IMG/VR virus record: IMGVR_UViG_2617270998_000003
Span: 1 to 12,248 of that record
DNA: 12,248 nt
Reading direction: 5' to 3' (one strand)
DNA from: a virus
Taxonomy: Duplodnaviria; Heunggongvirae; Uroviricota; Caudoviricetes
Positions 7,372-12,248 of this stretch are shown here, one piece after another. Each line of letters starts with the position of its first letter. The stretch's first letter is position 1. A model generated the notes under the pieces. The model had not been told where the DNA came from. It did no database searches and saw nothing but the letters and a program-made list of their open reading frames with translations. A program made the translations under genes and the position numbers.

Positions 7372-7529
7372 AATCACTAATTGCTGATGTTATCGGGCTG
7401 GCTGGTTTTGGCCTGCTTACGTGCGGGGTTTACCTGCAGTTTGGTATGGCTCCGGCTCTGATTTTGTCCGGTGCTTTACTGCTGGTGGGCGCACTGGCTA
7501 TGGCCAGAAGGGGGACGCGTGCTGCTTGA
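7368..7529 (+). CDS. Possible small membrane protein (53 aa, two predicted TM helices) between TerL and portal
   Basis: ATG 7368 overlaps the TerL stop (ATGA); translation [53 protein letters not shown]; absent from the ORF track because it is under 60 aa. No SD; could be non-coding. Confidence 0.35.
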   Translation: MKSLIADVIGLAGFGLLTCGVYLQFGMAPALILSGALLLVGALAMARRGTRAA

Positions 7530-8745
7530 TGCTCTGTTCAGAAGTAAATCACTGGAGAATCCTTCCACCCCGATAACCGGTGATGCCGTTGATACTGATG
7601 GGCTGTTCCGGGCAGACGTTTATGTCAGTCCTGAGACTGCGATGAAACTGGCTGCGGTGTATTCCTGTATCTATGTCCTGTCTTCCAGCCTTGCCCAGAT
7701 GCCGTTGCATGTTATGCGCAGGCACAAGGGGAAGGTTGAACCCGCACGCGATCATCCGGCGTTTTATCTGGTTCATGATGAGCCCAATACCTGGCAAACC
7801 AGCTACAAATGGCGCGAACTGAAGCAACGTCACATCCTTGGCTGGGGGAATGGGTATACCTGGGTGAAACGTAATCGTCGCGGTGAAGTCATATCCCTGG
7901 ATTGCTGTATGCCGTGGGAAACGACGCTGATGAATACTGGTGGCCGATATACCTACGGTTTGTACAACGAATATGGGGCGTTTGCGATCAGTCCGGACGA
8001 TATGATCCACATCCGTGCGCTGGGTAATAATCAGAAGATGGGGCTGAGTCCGATTATGCAACATGCCGAAACAATAGGCATGGGGATGAGCGGTCAGAAG
8101 TACACAGAAAGCTTCTTCAGCGGTAATGCCCGTCCGGCGGGGATAGTATCCGTTAAAAGCGGACTCAATAAGGAAAGCTGGGGCTGGCTTAAAGATCAGT
8201 GGCAGAAGGCATCGCAGGCGTTACGCCGCCAGGAAAACAAAACCATGCTGCTGCCAGCCGATCTGGATTACAAGGCACTGACTGTGTCGCCAGTTGACGC
8301 TCAGATCATTGACATGATGAAGCTGAACCGTTCAATGATCGCCGGTATTTTCAATATTCCTGCGCACATGATTAATGACCTCGAAAAAGCCACCTTCTCC
8401 AATATTTCTGCGCAGGCGATTCAGTTTGTCCGCTACACGATGATGCCGTGGGTGACGAACTGGGAGCAGGAGCTTAACCGTCGCTTGTTTACCCGCGCTG
8501 AGTTAGCCGCCGGGTATTACGTCAGGTTCAATCTGACGGGGCTTTTACGCGGAACTCCGCAGGAGCGCGCGCAATTCTATCACTTCGCTATTACCGATGG
8601 ATGGATGAGCCGTAATGAGGCCCGCGCATTCGAGGATATGAATCCGGTTGAAGGGCTGGATGAGATGCTGGTAAGCGTGAACGCAGCTAACCCGGCAGGA
8701 GATTTTAAGCCCCCAAAAAACGATGAGGGAAAAACCAATGAATGA
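7519..8745 (+). CDS. Portal protein (HK97 family)
   Basis: Over 400 aa following TerL; start uncertain. GTG 7519 has GGGGGA 4 nt upstream. The track's ATG at 7471 gives a Trp-rich N-terminus [11 protein letters not shown] that looks like out-of-frame membrane-ORF sequence. Confidence 0.8.
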   Translation: MLLDALFRSKSLENPSTPITGDAVDTDGLFRADVYVSPETAMKLAAVYSCIYVLSSSLAQMPLHVMRRHKGKVEPARDHPAFYLVHDEPNTWQTSYKWRELKQRHILGWGNGYTWVKRNRRGEVISLDCCMPWETTLMNTGGRYTYGLYNEYGAFAISPDDMIHIRALGNNQKMGLSPIMQHAETIGMGMSGQKYTESFFSGNARPAGIVSVKSGLNKESWGWLKDQWQKASQALRRQENKTMLLPADLDYKALTVSPVDAQIIDMMKLNRSMIAGIFNIPAHMINDLEKATFSNISAQAIQFVRYTMMPWVTNWEQELNRRLFTRAELAAGYYVRFNLTGLLRGTPQERAQFYHFAITDGWMSRNEARAFEDMNPVEGLDEMLVSVNAANPAGDFKPPKNDEGKTNE

Positions 8746-9340
8746 CCGTGAAATCCGTTGTTACAGCGGTGAGGTGCGTGCTGAGAGGCATGACGATAAC
8801 CCGGCGCACATTATCGGTTATGGATCGGTGTTTGACTGTCGTTCTGAGCTGATATTCGGTTCATTCCGCGAAATCATCCGGCCCGGCGCTTTTGACGATG
8901 TGCTTGGTGATGATGTACGCGCACTGTTTAACCACGATCCTAATTTTATTCTTGGGCGTAGTGCAGCAGGCACGCTGAATCTTTCAGTTGATGAACGCGG
9001 ATTACGCTATGACATCCAGGCTCCTGAGACACAGACCATTCGTGATCTGGTGCTGGCCCCGATGCAACGTGGAGATATTAACCAGTCATCTTTCGCTTTC
9101 CGTGTCGCCCGTGACGGTGAGGAGTGGTATCAGGATGAGGACGGGGTTGTTATTCGCGAGATAACCCGCTTTTCCCGTCTGCTGGATGTCAGCCCTGTGA
9201 CATATCCTGCCTATCAGGAGGCTGACTCGGCTGTTCGCTCCATGAAAGCATGGCAGGAGGCGCGCAACAGCGGCGCGCTACAGAAAGCCATTAATCAACG
9301 TATGGCGCGTGAACGCGTCCTGACCCTTCTTAACGCGTAA
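8738..9340 (+). CDS. Prohead maturation protease (HK97 gp4-like, S78 family)
   Basis: Position between portal and major capsid; start ATG 8738 with GAGGGA 8 nt upstream (ATG 8723 also possible); overlaps the portal stop. Confidence 0.85.
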   Translation: MNDREIRCYSGEVRAERHDDNPAHIIGYGSVFDCRSELIFGSFREIIRPGAFDDVLGDDVRALFNHDPNFILGRSAAGTLNLSVDERGLRYDIQAPETQTIRDLVLAPMQRGDINQSSFAFRVARDGEEWYQDEDGVVIREITRFSRLLDVSPVTYPAYQEADSAVRSMKAWQEARNSGALQKAINQRMARERVLTLLNA

Positions 9341-9350
9341 AGGAAACATC

Positions 9351-10580
9351 ATGAAACTGCATGAACTGAAACAGAAACGTAATACTATCGCAACTGACAT
9401 GCGCGCCCTGAATGAAAAAATTGGTGATAACGCATGGACGGAAGAGCAGCGCACTGAGTGGAACAAAGCAAAATCCGAACTGGAAGCGCTTGATGAACGA
9501 ATTGCACGCGAAGAAGAACTGCGTCGTCAGGATCAGGCGTACATTGAAAGCAATGAGGAAGAGCAGCGTCAGAATCTTGATCCGGAAAACAATTCGCAAC
9601 AGGATGAGAAACGAGCTCAGGTTTTTGATAAGTGGATGCGTCACGGTGCCAGTGAGCTGACATCAGAAGAGCGAAAGGCGTTGCGTGAACTTCGTGCCCA
9701 GGGTGTAGCTCAGGATGAAAAGGGCGGATATACCGTACCAGAAACATTCCTGGCGAAAGTTGTTGAGAAGATGAAATCCTACGGTGGCATCGCCAGTGTG
9801 GCACAGATTCTGACCACTTCTGACGGTCGCACCATGGAGTGGGCAACAGCTGATGGTACTTCCGAAGTTGGTGTTCTGCTGGGCGAAAATGAAGAAGCCG
9901 GTGAAGAAGACACCGATTTCGGTATGGGAAGCCTTGGGGCGCTCAAAATGACATCGAAAATCATTCGTGTGTCTAATGAGTTGCTGCAGGACAGCGCGAT
10001 CGATATGGAAGCTTATCTTGCCCGTCGCATTGCTGAACGTATTGGTCGTGGTGAAGCCCGTTATCTGATTCAGGGGACTGGTGCGGGTACGCCTAAACAA
10101 CCCAAAGGGCTGGCAGCATCAGTGGCCGGCACAACACAGACTGCCGCGGCAAATGCGGTGAAGTGGCAGGAAATTCTGGCTCTGAAACACAGCATTGATC
10201 CTGCATATCGTCGCGGACCGAAATTCCGCCTGGCGTTTAACGATAATACGCTGAAACTGATCAGTGAGATGGAAGACGGTCAGGGACGCCCTTTATGGTT
10301 GCCGGATATTGTTGGTGTGGCACCTGCTTCAGTGTTGAATGTACCGTATGTCATTGATCAGGAAATTGATGATATCGGGGCGGGTAAAAAATTCATATTC
10401 TGTGGTGACTTTGATCGCTTCATTATCCGTCGTGTGCGATACATGATTCTTAAACGTCTGGTTGAGCGTTACGCGGAATATGATCAGACCGGTTTTCTGG
10501 CCTTCCATCGTTTTGACTGTATCCTGGAAGACACCTCTGCCATTAAAGCGCTGGTGGGGAAAGGTAGCGTTGGTGGTTGA
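9351..10580 (+). CDS. Major capsid protein (HK97 gp5-like) with N-terminal scaffold-like delta domain
   Basis: 409 aa; charged coiled-coil-like N-terminus of roughly 100 aa (EELRRQDQAYIESNEEEQRQ) followed by capsid-fold region; SD AAAGGA; follows the protease. Confidence 0.9.
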   Translation: MKLHELKQKRNTIATDMRALNEKIGDNAWTEEQRTEWNKAKSELEALDERIAREEELRRQDQAYIESNEEEQRQNLDPENNSQQDEKRAQVFDKWMRHGASELTSEERKALRELRAQGVAQDEKGGYTVPETFLAKVVEKMKSYGGIASVAQILTTSDGRTMEWATADGTSEVGVLLGENEEAGEEDTDFGMGSLGALKMTSKIIRVSNELLQDSAIDMEAYLARRIAERIGRGEARYLIQGTGAGTPKQPKGLAASVAGTTQTAAANAVKWQEILALKHSIDPAYRRGPKFRLAFNDNTLKLISEMEDGQGRPLWLPDIVGVAPASVLNVPYVIDQEIDDIGAGKKFIFCGDFDRFIIRRVRYMILKRLVERYAEYDQTGFLAFHRFDCILEDTSAIKALVGKGSVGG

Positions 10581-10600
10581 TTAGTCTTTTTACGTAATAC

Positions 10601-10627
10601 AGCACGCCGCGTAATGCGGTTTTTTTG
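10601..10627 (+). terminator. Candidate terminator after the major capsid gene
   Basis: Short stem CCGC (10607-10610) / GCGG (10616-10619), loop GTAAT, then T7 (10620-10626). Stem is weak. A stronger 8-bp hairpin GTGCCCGC/GCGGGCAC (10627-10648) follows, abutting the next SD. Confidence 0.35.
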
Positions 10628-10658
10628 TGCCCGCGTTCTGGCGGGCACAGGAGGTTTT

Positions 10659-10982
10659 ATGCTGTTAAAAATGGAAGAGATTAAGCTTCAGCTTCGTCTG
10701 GATGATGATTTCTCTGATGAAGATGAGTTGCTTGAACTACTTGGGAAGGCCGCTCAGAGTCGGACGGAAAACTTCCTTAACCGTACGTTGTATGCAACCG
10801 CAGATGACAGGCCTGCGGATGATCCTGATGGGCTTGTGATATCTGATGATGTGAAGCTGGCGCTTCTGCTACTTGTCAGCCATTTCTACGAAAACCGCTC
10901 AACGGTTACAGACGTTGAGAAAATGGAGTTGCCAATGAGTTTTAACTGGTTGGTTGCTCCTTATCGCCTTATACCACTATGA
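10659..10982 (+). CDS. Head-tail connector protein (gp6-like)
   Basis: AGGAGG (10649-10654) then ATG 10659; N-terminus MLLKMEEIKLQLRLDDDFSDEDELLELL typical of gp6-type connector proteins; the track's 10614 start lies within the hairpin. Confidence 0.75.
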   Translation: MLLKMEEIKLQLRLDDDFSDEDELLELLGKAAQSRTENFLNRTLYATADDRPADDPDGLVISDDVKLALLLLVSHFYENRSTVTDVEKMELPMSFNWLVAPYRLIPL

Positions 10983-11389
10983 AAATTCGTCAGGCGCAGA
11001 CCAGCGCAACCTACATTCTGCCGGACCCCGGCGAACTGAATAAACGCGTCCTGATCCGCCAGCGGGTGGATATGCCCGCGGATAACTTTGGCGTGGAGCC
11101 TCAATACCCGGTTGCGTTCCGGGCATGGGCGAAGGTTATCCAGACCAGTGCCACCACCTGGCAGGAAACTGCGCAGACCGGAGACGCCATCACCCATTAC
11201 ATCACCATTCGCTACCGCCGGGGGATCACTGCTGATTATGAGGTGGTCTGTGGTGACAGTGTGTACCGGGTGAAACGTCAGCGTGATCTGAACGGAGCGC
11301 GGCGCTTTCTGCTGCTGGAGTGTACGGAGCTGGGTGCCGAAGAACAAATGGGAGGACGCAGTGGATCAGACAGCATTTTTACACGTTGA
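10979..11389 (+). CDS. Head-tail adaptor / head closure protein
   Basis: ATG 10979 overlaps the upstream stop (ATGA); size and position match head-tail joining proteins of HK97-like phages. C-terminal extent uncertain because the next gene overlaps. Confidence 0.65.
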   Translation: MKIRQAQTSATYILPDPGELNKRVLIRQRVDMPADNFGVEPQYPVAFRAWAKVIQTSATTWQETAQTGDAITHYITIRYRRGITADYEVVCGDSVYRVKRQRDLNGARRFLLLECTELGAEEQMGGRSGSDSIFTR

Positions 11390-11885
11390 TTTCAAACAAC
11401 CGGAGGAGATGGAGTTTAACCGTGCCAGGCTCCGAAGGGCATTTGTTCAAATCGGGCGTGTCTATATGCGTGATGCCCGGCGGATGGTGATGCGACGTGG
11501 TCGGTCTGCTCCAGGTGAAAACCCCGGCTATCAGACCGGACGACTTGCGCGTTCTATAGGTTATTACGTCCCCCGTAAAAGCTCCCGTCGTTCTGGCCTG
11601 ATGGTCAGGATTTCCCCTAACCAGAAAAACGGGCAGGGTAACCGGCGTTTTCCTGAAGGATCTGCGTATTATCCGGCGTTTCTGTATTACGGTGTGCGTC
11701 ATGCCGCATATGGGATGAGCAAAAAGGATAAGCGCCAGAAAAAGCAGCATTCATCCCGCTGGCGGCTGGCACCACGTAATAACTTTATGGCTGATGTCAT
11801 CGACCAGCGTCGTTACTGGACACAAAAGTTACTGTCCCGTGAGTTACAGCGGTCATTACGTCCTGTAAGAAGGAAAAAAACATGA
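11361..11885 (+). CDS. HK97 gp10-family tail-component protein
   Basis: Family-like motifs GYQTGRLARSIGYYV and YYPAFLYYGVRH; likely start GTG 11361 with GGGAGG (11349-11354) 6 nt upstream; track's start 11334 is also a GTG. Confidence 0.65.
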   Translation: MDQTAFLHVDFKQPEEMEFNRARLRRAFVQIGRVYMRDARRMVMRRGRSAPGENPGYQTGRLARSIGYYVPRKSSRRSGLMVRISPNQKNGQGNRRFPEGSAYYPAFLYYGVRHAAYGMSKKDKRQKKQHSSRWRLAPRNNFMADVIDQRRYWTQKLLSRELQRSLRPVRRKKT

Positions 11886-12248
11886 AACTGACGCCTGTTA
11901 TTGCTGCACTGCGTGCCCGCTGCCCGTATTTTGAAAACCGGGTGGCAGGCGCGGCCCAGTTCAAAAATCTGCCGGAGGTCGGAAAGCTGAGACTCCCGGC
12001 GGCGTATGTGGTACCGGGGGATGACTCTCCGGGAGAAAACAAAAGCCAGACCGACTACTGGCAGGAGCTGAAAGAGGGCTTCTCCGTGGTTGTCATACTG
12101 AGTAACTGGCGTGATGAGCGCGGTCAGTTTGCCTCGTATGATGTGGTGGACGATGTCCGGCAGATGCTCTTTAAGGCTCTGCTGGGCTGGAACCCGGAAG
12201 CGTGCGGTAACCCGATTACCTATGACGGCGGCACGCTGCTGGATCTGA
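11882..12248 (+). CDS. Tail completion / neck protein, 3' end outside the window
   Basis: ATG 11882 overlaps the upstream stop (ATGA); frame open to the end of the window (MKLTPVIAALRARCPYFENRVAGAAQFKNLPEVGKLRLPAAYVVPGDD...). Confidence 0.6.
   Translation, partial: MKLTPVIAALRARCPYFENRVAGAAQFKNLPEVGKLRLPAAYVVPGDDSPGENKSQTDYWQELKEGFSVVVILSNWRDERGQFASYDVVDDVRQMLFKALLGWNPEACGNPITYDGGTLLDL

Larger units (their letters stand above)
1..12248 (+). mobile_element. Fragment of a lambdoid phage/prophage: late-regulation, lysis and HK97-like head-morphogenesis modules, both ends cut by the window
   Basis: Canonical gene order Q, holin, endolysin, spanins, HNH, TerS, TerL, portal, protease, capsid, connector genes; one strand; short overlaps between genes (ATGA type). 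Confidence 0.85.

Noticed and set aside
7471-7518. ATG at 7471 as the portal start
   Set aside because: It gives an unusual Trp-rich N-terminus and has no SD; GTG 7519 with an upstream G-rich SD is preferred, though the upstream start cannot be excluded.
9330-10100. Minus-strand ORFs (9330-9644, 9385-9846, 9663-10100) and the + strand ORF 9412-9660 inside the major capsid gene
   Set aside because: They overlap the major capsid coding sequence out of frame or antisense and have no independent start signals.
1-12248. CRISPR arrays, integrase/attachment sites, IS elements
   Set aside because: No regularly spaced direct repeats, no integrase-like ORF and no terminal inverted repeats were seen; the window appears to be internal to the prophage.

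Overview
This window reads as a contiguous piece of a lambdoid phage or prophage with an HK97-type head module, all on the + strand except one inserted gene. Order: 3' part of a DUF968-like gene; Q-type late antiterminator; an AT-rich minus-strand insertion (about 32% GC against over 50% in flanks) encoding a KAP-family P-loop NTPase; a candidate late promoter and short terminated leader; lysis cassette (lambda S-like holin, lambda R-like lytic transglycosylase, overlapping Rz/Rz1 spanins); a second AT-rich insertion encoding a 163-aa protein of unknown function; HNH endonuclease; a GC-rich dyad element (candidate cos region); small and large terminase; portal; prohead protease; major capsid; three head-tail joining genes and a 3'-truncated tail gene. 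The best candidate for an undescribed accessory function is the KAP NTPase inserted between Q and the late promoter, the position where lambdoid phages carry cargo such as stx; the second AT-rich ORF is a weaker candidate. All protein assignments rest on my recall of motifs and family signatures applied to the supplied translations; no database search was run. No rRNA, tRNA, CRISPR array, integrase or att site was recognised.
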